NCBI GenBank assembly: GCA_029862165.1
Contig: JAOTXU010000006.1
Location: 69,960-133,959 of the forward strand
DNA: 64,000 nucleotides
Source of the DNA: Gammaproteobacteria bacterium
GTDB lineage: Bacteria; Pseudomonadota; Gammaproteobacteria; Steroidobacterales; JABDKV01
Reading direction: 5' to 3'
In this document: piece by piece, positions 50,939 through 60,667 of the stretch
Position numbering within the stretch: the first letter of the stretch is position 1
Layout of the letters: the number at the start of each line of letters is the position of its first letter
Position numbers and translations under genes: made by a program
Notes under the pieces: model-generated
What the model was told of the DNA's origin: nothing
Databases searched by the model: none
Seen by the model: only the letters and a program-made list of their open reading frames with translations

Positions 50939-51545
50939 TCGCGGCCCATTACTGGCATCGTTGGGTTTGGTGATCATTGGCGTAGTTGCAGGCGGAATGA
51001 GCACCTGGGTATGGAGCAAGACAGCAACCCAGATTGCAGTCAATGAACGGAGTTACCGGCTTCGCGCACTGAACGAAATCGTGCCTCCGGCACGATACGA
51101 CAACAACCTGTTTGACGACATCATCAGCATTCGCGACCGTGAACTGTTGGGCAGCGATGACCCGGTAACAGTTTATCGCGCCCGCAATGACGGCGCCCCG
51201 GTCGCAGCAATTCTGACTGCAGTGGCGCCTAAAGGCTTCAGCGGTGCCATACATTTGCTGGTTGGCGTCTATGCAGACGGAACGCTGGCCGGCGTCCGGG
51301 TCAGCATGCATCGCGAAACCGCCGGTTTGGGTGACCAGATTGAAATCGAAAAATCGAATTGGATTACGGTATTTGACCGGCGTTCCTTGGCCGACCCACT
51401 ACCCGCAAACTGGTTTGTACGCAAAGACGGCGGCGAGTTCGACCAGATCTCGGGCGCAACTATTACGCCGCGAGCAATCGTCAAGGCCATACACGATGCT
51501 CTGCTATACTTCGAAGCCAATCGCGAACTGCTCTTCGCGGAGTAA
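50931..51545 (+). CDS. rsxG: Rnf/Rsx subunit G
   Basis: ETAGLG, ISGATIT FMN-attachment motif. Confidence 0.94.
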   Translation: MTNRGPLLASLGLVIIGVVAGGMSTWVWSKTATQIAVNERSYRLRALNEIVPPARYDNNLFDDIISIRDRELLGSDDPVTVYRARNDGAPVAAILTAVAPKGFSGAIHLLVGVYADGTLAGVRVSMHRETAGLGDQIEIEKSNWITVFDRRSLADPLPANWFVRKDGGEFDQISGATITPRAIVKAIHDALLYFEANRELLFAE

Positions 51546-51554
51546 GCAACAGCA

Positions 51555-52229
51555 ATGAGTCCTGACTTCCTGGATATCAGCCGCGACGCCTTGTGGCGCA
51601 ACAATACCGGACTGGTTCAATTCCTTGGCCTGTGCCCATTGCTCGCTGTTACTACAACTCTAGTCAATGGGATTGGCCTGGGCGTGGCAACCACGATAGT
51701 GTTGTTTCTATCGAACACCGCTGTATCGCTGGCACGCCCACTGCTGCGACCCGAAACACGCATAATTGTTTTTGTGCTGATAATCGCTGCCTTGGTTACG
51801 GTCGTGGATTTGTTCATGCACGCCCGATTTTTTGATCTGCATCGCAGCCTGGGCATTTTTGTCCCACTTATCGTGACAAACTGCGCAATCGTCGCCCGCG
51901 CTGAGGTCTTCGCCTCCAGGCATGACCCCCTGCGTGCAGCCATCGACGGCTTGATGACCGGTCTTGGCTTCACACTGGTATTGATTACCCTCGGCGCTGC
52001 ACGCGAGCTGGTCGGCCAGGGCACGTTATTGGCGCAGGCAGAAATGTTGTTCGGTCCGAACGGCCAGAATACGAGCATCACAGTGTTCGATGGCGGTTTC
52101 CTGATCGCCACTTTGCCGCCAGGCGCTTTTTTCGCAATGGGTCTGCTTATCGCGCTGCGCAATGTAATGGCCGCGCATCGTAGCACTGATAAATATCCAG
52201 CCATTATGAAAGCTGAGACGGCCGGCTAG
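51555..52229 (+). CDS. rsxE: Rnf/Rsx subunit E
   Basis: LGLCPLLAVT, VPLIVTNC, LPPGAF. Confidence 0.95.
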   Translation: MSPDFLDISRDALWRNNTGLVQFLGLCPLLAVTTTLVNGIGLGVATTIVLFLSNTAVSLARPLLRPETRIIVFVLIIAALVTVVDLFMHARFFDLHRSLGIFVPLIVTNCAIVARAEVFASRHDPLRAAIDGLMTGLGFTLVLITLGAARELVGQGTLLAQAEMLFGPNGQNTSITVFDGGFLIATLPPGAFFAMGLLIALRNVMAAHRSTDKYPAIMKAETAG

Positions 52230-52865
52230 GTGAACCGCCAGGTCCGGACCAGAATCTTCTCGCGTCTGCAAAAAGCCGACCCGGAACCGACGACGGAGCT
52301 CGGCTATGCCACGCCCTTCGAGCTGCTGATTGCGGTCATACTCTCGGCACAAGCCACCGACGTCAGCGTCAACCAGGCGACTAAGAAGCTTTACAAGGTG
52401 GCCAATACGCCCAAAAAAATTATCCAGCTCAGACTGACTGGACTTAAGAAATACATCAAGACCATCGGTCTGTACAACACGAAAGCGAAGAACATCATTG
52501 CAACCTGCAAGATTCTACTCAAAGCACACGATGGCCAGGTGCCCGACAATCGCAAGGATCTGGAAGCACTGCCTGGCGTAGGTCGCAAGACAGCTAACGT
52601 GATTCTCAACACCGCTTTCGGCCAGCCAACAATCGCCGTCGATACTCACATTTTTCGCGTTTCGAACCGCACCGGTCTTGCAACGGGAAAAACACCGCTG
52701 GAGGTTGAAAAACGCCTTTTGCGACTCGTACCAGAAGAATTCCGGCAGCATTGCCATCACTGGCTTATTCTGCACGGCCGCTACGTCTGCAAAGCGCGCA
52801 AACCGGAATGTCCCGACTGCCTTATCGCCGATCTCTGCGAATACAAGCAAAAAACCACGAGCTGA
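52230..52865 (+). CDS. nth: Endonuclease III
   Basis: LSAQATD, LPGVGRKTAN HhH, VDTH, C-x6-C-x2-C-x5-C. Confidence 0.97.
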   Translation: MNRQVRTRIFSRLQKADPEPTTELGYATPFELLIAVILSAQATDVSVNQATKKLYKVANTPKKIIQLRLTGLKKYIKTIGLYNTKAKNIIATCKILLKAHDGQVPDNRKDLEALPGVGRKTANVILNTAFGQPTIAVDTHIFRVSNRTGLATGKTPLEVEKRLLRLVPEEFRQHCHHWLILHGRYVCKARKPECPDCLIADLCEYKQKTTS

Positions 52866-52909
52866 CACGATTTCGTGTTCGCCTCACCACGCTGAGGCAT
52901 ACTGCCCAC

Positions 52910-53332
52910 ATGTTGTACGGTGATCGCGACAATGTGCGACAGGTGTTTGTGGATACATTCCACAAAGTCAGTAGCGGGGAAATGCTCTCACCGATGGAGC
53001 AGATCATTGCCGATGTCATTCAGGAGCATCCGGAATACCACGCGGTATTGCGTCTCGGTGAAATCACCGGCGACTATACCGTTGAACGCGGCGAAACCAA
53101 TCCCTTTTTGCACATGGGCATGCATATTACGATTCGCGAGCAGGTGAGCATAGACAGGCCTGTCGGGATTGCTGCCGCCTGGCGCCAGCTCGTTTTACGT
53201 GAGGACGCCCACAAGGCTGAGCACAGAATGCTGGACTGCCTGGCTGAGACATTGCTGCAGGCGCAGCGTAGTAGCACACCCCCAGACGAGCAGGCCTATC
53301 TGGAAGCCGTGCGACGTCTGGGTGAGATGTAA
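52910..53332 (+). CDS. DUF1841 family protein
   Basis: HPEYH, GETNPFLHMGMH..IREQ; usual position after nth. Confidence 0.85.
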   Translation: MLYGDRDNVRQVFVDTFHKVSSGEMLSPMEQIIADVIQEHPEYHAVLRLGEITGDYTVERGETNPFLHMGMHITIREQVSIDRPVGIAAAWRQLVLREDAHKAEHRMLDCLAETLLQAQRSSTPPDEQAYLEAVRRLGEM

Positions 53333-53393
53333 TAGAATGCGCGCACGGCCGGTCTAATACCTTGCGGCCTCTGACTGCGCCGATGGAGTCCTA

Positions 53394-54272
53394 ATGACTG
53401 AAAGAACATATCCGGTCCGCGGTGCTGGTATTGGCCTGCGACGCACCATGCTGACGTCGCTGCGAGAAGATCCCCCGTCGCAAGTGGACTTCATGGAAGT
53501 CGCGCCGGAAAACTGGATCGGTGTGGGTGGTGCCCTGGGTCGAAAGTTTCGCTACTTCACCGAGCGTTTTCCGTTTCTTGCGCATGGTCTGTCGCTGTCG
53601 CTGGGCGGCCCTGCCCCGCTGGACGAAGATTATCTGCTTAAGCTAAAGGGCTTTCTGGACGATCACGAGATTCGTGCTTATAGCGAGCACCTAAGCTACT
53701 GCACGGACGACGGTCACTTGTACGATTTGATGCCGATCCCTTTTACCGAAGAAGCAGTGACCTACGTCGCTGACCGGATCGCCCGCACACAGGAAATACT
53801 GGAAAGACGCATGGCGGTCGAAAACGTGTCTTACTACGCCGCACCCGGCAAAGAGATCGAGGAGATTGATTTTCTCAACGCAGTCCTCGAGGCAGCCGAT
53901 TGCGACCTGTTGCTGGACGTAAACAATATCTATGTCAACAGCATTAACCATCAATATGATGCTGAGACGTTTCTCAAGGCTTTGCCTGGCGATCGGGTCA
54001 TGTACTTCCACGTCGCCGGGCATTACGTCGAAGCAGAGGACCTGCGGGTCGACACACACGGGGCTGACATTATCGACCCGGTCTGGTCGTTACTGGAGCT
54101 GGCATACGAAGAATTTGGCGTGGTTCCAACGCTGCTCGAACGCGACTTCAATATTCCGCCACTGCCGGAGCTGCTCAAAGAAGTCGACATGATTCATAGC
54201 CTGCAGGAAAAACACAGCGCGAGCGCAAAGCCAGCTGATGCCGCAAAGGAAAATCCTGTCGATGTCGGATAA
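53394..54272 (+). CDS. DUF692 multinuclear non-heme iron oxidative enzyme (MNIO, HvfB-like)
   Basis: [54 protein letters not shown]. Confidence 0.93.
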   Translation: MTERTYPVRGAGIGLRRTMLTSLREDPPSQVDFMEVAPENWIGVGGALGRKFRYFTERFPFLAHGLSLSLGGPAPLDEDYLLKLKGFLDDHEIRAYSEHLSYCTDDGHLYDLMPIPFTEEAVTYVADRIARTQEILERRMAVENVSYYAAPGKEIEEIDFLNAVLEAADCDLLLDVNNIYVNSINHQYDAETFLKALPGDRVMYFHVAGHYVEAEDLRVDTHGADIIDPVWSLLELAYEEFGVVPTLLERDFNIPPLPELLKEVDMIHSLQEKHSASAKPADAAKENPVDVG

Positions 54273-55029
54273 ACGTACGTTTCAACAATTGCAGTACGAA
54301 TTTGCGGCGCACATCCGCGACCCCGACCATGTTGACGCGCCCGAGGGGATTGAAAATCGCCGACTGGCGATCTATCGCGAGTTGTTTTACAACAACGTGC
54401 AAAGTCTGCTGGCGGGTACTTTTCCGATCCTGCGCAAGGTCCTGCCCGACCCGCAATGGCATCGTCTGCTAAGAAGGTATTTCTCTAGACATCAATCACA
54501 TACGCCACTTTTCCTGGAAATACCTCAAGAGTTCATCAGCTATTTACAGGAAGAACATGAGCTGGCGGAGGACGAGCCGGCTTTCATGCTGGAACTTGCG
54601 CATTACGAATGGGCTGAACTGGCGGTTTCGATTCTGGAGGACGATCCAGATCTGCAAAACGTCGATCCGCGAGGCGATCCCATAGACGGCGTTCCGGTGA
54701 TCTCACCGACTTGCTGGTCGCTCGCTTACACCTACCCGGTGCACATGATCAAACCGGATTTTCAGCCTACGGAACCAAATGATGAGGCAACTTTTCTGGT
54801 TGTCTATCGCAATCAGAACGACGAGGTTGGCTTTCTCGAAATCAACGCAGTCACCGCACGACTAATCGAGTTGATCGAAAGAGACGAGGGCCGCACCGGT
54901 CGCGAGATTCTCGAACAGATTGCCGAAGAAATTGGTCACACAGACGCGTCCGTCGTTGTCAACGCCGGTCGCGACATACTCGAACGGCTGCACCGGCACG
55001 ACGTCGTGCTCGGCACCGCCAAGTCCTAA
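54262..55029 (+). CDS. DUF2063 MNIO partner protein (HvfC-like)
   Basis: [40 protein letters not shown]; overlaps DUF692. Confidence 0.9.
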   Translation: MSDKRTFQQLQYEFAAHIRDPDHVDAPEGIENRRLAIYRELFYNNVQSLLAGTFPILRKVLPDPQWHRLLRRYFSRHQSHTPLFLEIPQEFISYLQEEHELAEDEPAFMLELAHYEWAELAVSILEDDPDLQNVDPRGDPIDGVPVISPTCWSLAYTYPVHMIKPDFQPTEPNDEATFLVVYRNQNDEVGFLEINAVTARLIELIERDEGRTGREILEQIAEEIGHTDASVVVNAGRDILERLHRHDVVLGTAKS

Positions 55030-55054
55030 CACACTTACTCGTCGGGGAACGATC

Positions 55055-55678
55055 ATGTCTATCGCATCGAGCGTCAACACATTACACAACGCACTGTTTG
55101 GCTGGACGAAAAAAATAGATTGGCTGGGGCCACTGGCGTTGCGCCTGTACCTGGCACCGGTGTTCTGGGTGGCAGGCATGAATAAAGCCAGCGGTTTTAA
55201 AAACACCGTCGCATATTTTGGCAACGACGACTGGGGCCTGGGTTTGCCGTTGCCTGGCCTGATGGCGTTTCTGGCTACAGCGGCCGAACTTTTGGGCGGC
55301 GCGTTTCTGTTGCTAGGTGTAGCGACGCGCTGGGTCACTGTGCCATTGATCGTCACGATGATCGTTGCCATCACAAGCGTGCATTGGGACAACGGCTGGC
55401 AAGCCGTACACGATGGCAAGAGTCCGTTTGCCAGCGAGTACACGCTGGGTATCGAGGCCGCAGATGCAGCAGCCGGCGGTGAGCGTTTGGCGCGTGCCAA
55501 AGAAATTCTCAAAGATAACGGTAACTATGACTGGCTAACCGAGCATGGCAATTTTATTGTCTCGAACAACGGGGTTGAGTGGGCGGCAACCTACCTGGTC
55601 ATGCTCCTTGCGTTGTTTTTCACAGGTGCGGGGCGGGTCAGCCTTGACCACCTGTTGGTCCGAGGTACCCGCGAATAG
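55055..55678 (+). CDS. DoxX-family membrane protein (HvfX-like, long periplasmic insert)
   Basis: LALRLYLAPV, K, AE..GG..LLLG.ATR, VHW.NGW, NNGVEWAATY. Confidence 0.88.
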   Translation: MSIASSVNTLHNALFGWTKKIDWLGPLALRLYLAPVFWVAGMNKASGFKNTVAYFGNDDWGLGLPLPGLMAFLATAAELLGGAFLLLGVATRWVTVPLIVTMIVAITSVHWDNGWQAVHDGKSPFASEYTLGIEAADAAAGGERLARAKEILKDNGNYDWLTEHGNFIVSNNGVEWAATYLVMLLALFFTGAGRVSLDHLLVRGTRE

Positions 55679-55733
55679 CCGGATCTTAGGATCTGGTGCC
55701 AGCAGACACTGTGTGCCAACAACGGAGCGAACT

Positions 55734-57245
55734 ATGCAGTCAATGGATTTTCTGATGACAGTCTTACAGGTCCTCGCGGGCCTGTTTATTTTGGCTCTCG
55801 GTACGGGTCTGCTGGCGGTGATTGTAATCTACATAATCGACCGGACTCAGAAAACGCACGCGATTCGGCGGAATTTTCCGGTCATTGGCCGCTTTCGGTA
55901 CTGGTTTGAGCACCTGGGCGAATTTTTTCGCCAATATTTCTTTGCCCTTGACCGTGAAGAAATGCCGTTTAATCGTGCCGAACGCTCGTGGGTCTACAGA
56001 GCTGCCAAGAATGTCGATAACACGGTAGCCTTCGGATCGACCCGCGACATGAAACCCGTGGGTTCGATTATCTTCGTCAATTGCCCCTACCCCACACTTG
56101 ACAAGGACGCCGCAGAACCCGCCAGCATGGTCATCGGGCCGTATTGCGACAAACCCTATGATGCACCTTCGTTTTTTAATCTGTCTGCCATGAGCTATGG
56201 CGCGCTGTCAAAACCCGCGGCAACTGCCCTTTCACACGGTGCGAAGGCGGGAAACATCTGGATGAACACCGGTGAAGGCGGTCTTGCGCCTGCCCACCTG
56301 GAAGGAGGTTGTGACATCGTCTTTCAGATCGGTACCGCCAAGTACGGTGTGCGCGACGCACAGGGGAACCTCAGTGACGACAAGCTGCGTGAAGTTGCGG
56401 CACACGATCAGGTGCGTATGTTTGAGATAAAACTCAGTCAGGGCGCCAAACCCGGCAAGGGCGGCATTTTGCCCGGGGCAAAAGTGACGGCGGAAATCGC
56501 AGCTATTCGCGGCATACCGGAAGGAGAAGATTCAATCAGCCCGAATCGACACGTCGAAGTCGACAGCGCCGAAGATCTGCTGGACATGATCGACCGGGTA
56601 CGGCGTGTCACCGGTAAACCGGTCGGTTTCAAGGCCGTTATTGGGGCTTATGGCTGGATAGAAACCATGTGCGAAGAAATCCATCGGCGTAGTATAGCAA
56701 GCGCACCGGATTTCATCACCGTTGACAGCGCTGATGGTGGTACCGGTGCCGCGCCCATGAGTCTGATCGATTTTATGGGTCTGCCGATACGCGAAAGCCT
56801 GCCGATGGTCATCGACATCATTAACCGGCAGGGCTTGAATGATCGTATTCCGGTTATCGCCAGCGGCAAACTAATCACGCCCGCGCAGGTAGCCTGGGCG
56901 ATTTGCACCGGTGCGGACTTTATTGTTTCCGCCCGCGGATTCATGTTCGCGCTGGGTTGTATTCAGGCCATGCAATGCAACAAGAACACGTGCCCTACCG
57001 GCATTACCACACACGACCCACGGCTACAAAGCGGTCTGGTACCGGAAGACAAGGCAAAGCGGGTGCAACGTTATGCTGAAAACATGATTCACGAGGTTGG
57101 CGTGATCGCACATTCCTGCGGCGTGCCACAACCACGTCGGCTGCGTCGCATGCATTGCCGTATCGTCGGCGAAAACGGTAAGTCGACTCCACTCGATGAG
57201 CTTTACCCGGAAGTGACTAGCTCAACCGGTACCCGCGCTGCCTGA
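55734..57245 (+). CDS. FMN-binding glutamate synthase family protein (YerD-like, standalone)
   Basis: N-terminal TM; SAMSYGALS, NTGEGG, EIKLSQGAKPGKGG, GGTGAAP, C.QAMQCNKNTCPTG. Confidence 0.9.
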   Translation: MQSMDFLMTVLQVLAGLFILALGTGLLAVIVIYIIDRTQKTHAIRRNFPVIGRFRYWFEHLGEFFRQYFFALDREEMPFNRAERSWVYRAAKNVDNTVAFGSTRDMKPVGSIIFVNCPYPTLDKDAAEPASMVIGPYCDKPYDAPSFFNLSAMSYGALSKPAATALSHGAKAGNIWMNTGEGGLAPAHLEGGCDIVFQIGTAKYGVRDAQGNLSDDKLREVAAHDQVRMFEIKLSQGAKPGKGGILPGAKVTAEIAAIRGIPEGEDSISPNRHVEVDSAEDLLDMIDRVRRVTGKPVGFKAVIGAYGWIETMCEEIHRRSIASAPDFITVDSADGGTGAAPMSLIDFMGLPIRESLPMVIDIINRQGLNDRIPVIASGKLITPAQVAWAICTGADFIVSARGFMFALGCIQAMQCNKNTCPTGITTHDPRLQSGLVPEDKAKRVQRYAENMIHEVGVIAHSCGVPQPRRLRRMHCRIVGENGKSTPLDELYPEVTSSTGTRAA

Positions 57246-57313
57246 AAATAAAGTACCGGAAACTCGGGCGCAGGACACCTCTCGCCTTGTTTGCATGCAT
57301 AAGACAGATGGTG

Positions 57314-57334
57314 CGGGTCATTGGCTTTGACCCG
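57314..57334. terminator. Hairpin between convergent genes
   Basis: CGGGTCA-ttggctt-TGACCCG perfect 7 bp stem; no clear U-tract. Confidence 0.3.
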
Positions 57335-57357
57335 ATGTTCCTTTCGGTGCGAGACAC

Positions 57358-59103
57358 CTATTTCTTTTTTGGGGCGTAAAGATCGATGATGGTGCCCTCG
57401 AACATTTCGGCGGCCATCATGACCGTCTCGGAAAGCGTCGGATGCGGATGAATGGTCAATCCAATATCCGCGGCATCACAACCCATCTCGATGGCCAGCG
57501 CGCACTCTGCGATCAAATCGCCCGCGTGTGGACCCACAATACCAGCACCGATAACACGGCCCGTCGTTTTGTCGAACAACAGCTTGGTCATGCCTTCGTC
57601 ACGACCCATCCCCAATGAACGGCCGCTGGCAGCCCAGGGAAAAGCACCCTTACCGTATGTGATGCCCGATGCCTTGGCCTCGTTTTCGGTGATACCCACC
57701 CAGGCAATCTCCGGATCGGTATAGGCAACGGAGGGTATTACGCGGGCATCAAACGCGGCTTTGTGGCCAGCAGCCACCTCAGCCGCAACACTGCCCTGAT
57801 GCGTACCCTTGTGTGCCAACATGGGCTGACCGACGATGTCACCGACCGCAAATATGTGTGGCACATTCGTGCGCAGGGTCTTGTCGACCGGAATAAAGTT
57901 CTGCTCATCGACCGTGACTCCTGCAGCCTCGGCATTAATCATATCGCCGTTTGCCCGACGACCAATCGCAACCAGTACGCGTCCAAAGGTTGCCTTCTCT
58001 GGCGCATCGGCGCCGTCGAAAGAAACGACGATGCCTTTCTTCAGCGCCTTCATATCCGTCACTTTCGTGCTTAGAAAAATATTCTCATATTGTGGCGTAA
58101 TCCGTTTTCGCAGAGGACGCACGAGATCCTGATCGCACTCAGGAATCAACTTATCGGTCAACTCGACAACGGTAATCTTCACGCCCAGCGCCGCGTAAAC
58201 CGTCGCCATTTCCAGCCCGATAATGCCACCGCCAATTATCAGCATCGATTTTGGCAGTTCACTCATCTCCAACGCGGTGGTTGAGTCCAGAATGCGTTCG
58301 TCGTCGGGCTGAAATGGCAGGCGCGCCGGTTCCGATCCTGCGCCGATAACGCATTGTTCAAACTGCAGAACCTTCTTGCCGTCGGTCGTTTCGATTTCCA
58401 GATGATGCGGGGACACAAACTTCGCATCGCCCTGGACGACCTGGACCTTGCGTTTTTTGGCCAAACCGGCCAGACCGCCGGTGAGCTTGCTGACAACCTT
58501 ATCTTTCCAGCCACGCAGCTTATCGATATCGATTTCAGGTTTCCCAAAAGAAACGCCATGTGCTTCGATTGCTGCGGCCTCTTCGATGACTTTTGCGGCA
58601 TGCAATAACGCCTTTGATGGAATACAGCCGACATTGAGACAAACACCGCCCAACGTTGGCCAGCGATCGACCAGCGTGACCTGCATGCCCAGATCAGCGG
58701 CACGGAACGCTGCCGCGTAGCCACCGACACCGGCGCCCAACGCAACCAGTTGAGTTTTTATGTCGACTTTTCCATCGTAGCTTGAGCCGGTCGCGGTTGC
58801 GGGTGCTGGTGGAGAATCCGCAGCCGCCGCTGCAGCCGGTGCTTCTTTTGCTGGTGCTTCATCGCTGGGCTCAAGCAAACAGATCAGCGAGCCTTCTGAG
58901 ACCTTGTCACCCACCGCCAGACCCATTTCACCCACTACGCCCGCCTGCGGTGCCGGCACATCCATCGCGGCCTTGTCGGTCTCCAGGGTAATGAGCGGAT
59001 CTTCGACCGCGACGGTGTCCCCGGCGCGGACGTGAACCTCAATGACGTCGACATTGGTGAAGTCGCCAATATCCGGCACGCGGATCGAAACAGACGCGCT
59101 CAT
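57358..59103 (-). CDS. lpdA: Dihydrolipoamide dehydrogenase with N-terminal lipoyl domain
   Basis: ETDKA lipoyl motif, GAGVGG, CLNVGCIPSK, GGGIIG, HPTLSE. Start ATG 59103. Confidence 0.95.
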   Translation of the reverse strand: MSASVSIRVPDIGDFTNVDVIEVHVRAGDTVAVEDPLITLETDKAAMDVPAPQAGVVGEMGLAVGDKVSEGSLICLLEPSDEAPAKEAPAAAAAADSPPAPATATGSSYDGKVDIKTQLVALGAGVGGYAAAFRAADLGMQVTLVDRWPTLGGVCLNVGCIPSKALLHAAKVIEEAAAIEAHGVSFGKPEIDIDKLRGWKDKVVSKLTGGLAGLAKKRKVQVVQGDAKFVSPHHLEIETTDGKKVLQFEQCVIGAGSEPARLPFQPDDERILDSTTALEMSELPKSMLIIGGGIIGLEMATVYAALGVKITVVELTDKLIPECDQDLVRPLRKRITPQYENIFLSTKVTDMKALKKGIVVSFDGADAPEKATFGRVLVAIGRRANGDMINAEAAGVTVDEQNFIPVDKTLRTNVPHIFAVGDIVGQPMLAHKGTHQGSVAAEVAAGHKAAFDARVIPSVAYTDPEIAWVGITENEAKASGITYGKGAFPWAASGRSLGMGRDEGMTKLLFDKTTGRVIGAGIVGPHAGDLIAECALAIEMGCDAADIGLTIHPHPTLSETVMMAAEMFEGTIIDLYAPKKK

Positions 59104-60659
59104 TTGAGGCTTGCAGGAATAAGCGAATCGGGATCGGCCAGGACCTGGCCGAGGAATGTCGTAAACCGCACGGCCGAGGCACCATCGATTACACGATGGT
59201 CGTATGACAACGACAAAGGCACCATGAGTCGTGGCACAAATTCGCCATCCTGCCACACCGGTTGCAGTGCCGATCTGGAAATGCCCAGTATCGCAACTTC
59301 CGGTGCGTTGATGATTGGCGTAAAGGCCGTGCCACCAATGCCGCCCAGAGACGAAATCGTAAAACAACCACCACGCATGGCCTCACCCGGCAATTTTCCT
59401 TCGCGGGCCTTGCCGGCCATCTCTACAACTTCGCCCGCAACCTCTATCAGGTCCTTTTTATCCGCGTCGCGTATTACCGGTACCACCAGTCCGTTTGGCG
59501 TATCCGCGGCAAAGCCGATATGAAAATATTTTTTAAAAACCAGATTTTCACCGGCAGCATCAAGTGATGCATTGAATCCCGGAAATTCATGTAAGGCCCG
59601 CACGCACGCCATCACAAAAAATGCCAGCGGCGTGAGTTTGACACCCTTTTCTTGAGCAGCCGGCTTGAGCGCCTTGCGGCGTGCCTCCAGATCTGTGATA
59701 TCCGCCTGATCGTGTTGTGTCACGTGTGGCAGATTTATCCAGCTGGCATGCAGGCGCGGCCCCGATATTTTCTGGATACGCGATAACTTGCGTACTTCGA
59801 TCGGCCCGAATTTCGCGAAATCGACTTTTGCTACTTGTGGCAACGCTGCGCCAGCGCCAGCCGACGTGCCGCTCATCACGGACTTAACAAAGGCCGTGAT
59901 GTCATCACGAATAACGCGGCCCTTTTCACCACTGCCCCGGACCCGGCCCAGGTCGACACCAAGCTCGCGCGCAAATTTCCGTATCGACGGGCCTGCGTGG
60001 GCGGATGCAAAAGTTGCTTCATCGATAGCCGGCAAAGTAACAGCGGGAGCTTTTGGTTGCGGTCGCGCTGGTGGTGCAGGCGCGGCAGCCTCGGTCTTCT
60101 TCGTTGCTGGTGCTGTGGTAGGAGCGGCAGCTATCGCATCCAGCGTTAGTATTCGATCACCCTGCGATACTTTGTTTCCGACAGAAACATATACTTCTGT
60201 AATTTGGCCACTTGCCGTCGACGGCACGTCCATCGCGGCTTTGTCAGTCTCCAGCGTTATCAGCGGATCTTCCAGTGCGACAGTATCACCGGTTGATACA
60301 TGCACCTCGATGACATCCACTTTGTCAAAGTCACCGATGTCGGGTACTTCGACTGTTTCCAGAGCAATGGTTTGCGCCGACGACGCGGCATCCGTCATGG
60401 CAACCGCGATGTCGTCCGCGCCAGTAGCATCGAGTACGGCAATCAGATCATCCTGTGACACTCGATCGCCGACTTTCACGCGCACCTCTTTGACCGCCCC
60501 GGCAAAAGGCGCCGGCACATCCATCGCTGCCTTGTCCGTTTCAAGGGTAATCATCGATTCTTCCGGCGCTAGTTGATCACCGGCGTTGATCATCACCTCG
60601 ATCACTTCTACATCGGTGAAATCACCGATGTCCGGTACCCTGATTTCCTTAAGCGCCAC
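59100..60659 (-). CDS. aceF: Pyruvate dehydrogenase E2 with two lipoyl domains
   Basis: Two ETDKAAMDVP motifs, PSBD (RGSGEKGRV), YDHRVIDG. Confidence 0.96.
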   Translation of the reverse strand: MALKEIRVPDIGDFTDVEVIEVMINAGDQLAPEESMITLETDKAAMDVPAPFAGAVKEVRVKVGDRVSQDDLIAVLDATGADDIAVAMTDAASSAQTIALETVEVPDIGDFDKVDVIEVHVSTGDTVALEDPLITLETDKAAMDVPSTASGQITEVYVSVGNKVSQGDRILTLDAIAAAPTTAPATKKTEAAAPAPPARPQPKAPAVTLPAIDEATFASAHAGPSIRKFARELGVDLGRVRGSGEKGRVIRDDITAFVKSVMSGTSAGAGAALPQVAKVDFAKFGPIEVRKLSRIQKISGPRLHASWINLPHVTQHDQADITDLEARRKALKPAAQEKGVKLTPLAFFVMACVRALHEFPGFNASLDAAGENLVFKKYFHIGFAADTPNGLVVPVIRDADKKDLIEVAGEVVEMAGKAREGKLPGEAMRGGCFTISSLGGIGGTAFTPIINAPEVAILGISRSALQPVWQDGEFVPRLMVPLSLSYDHRVIDGASAVRFTTFLGQVLADPDSLIPASLK

Positions 60660-60667
60660 GGCAGCCC

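Noticed and set aside
47167-52865. Rnf/Rsx operon as a novel system
   Set aside because: Canonical rsxABCDGE-nth order with intact motifs.
59788-60576. 262 aa plus-strand ORF and repeated sequence in aceF/lpdA
   Set aside because: Antisense shadow; the repeats are explained by lipoyl-domain duplication.
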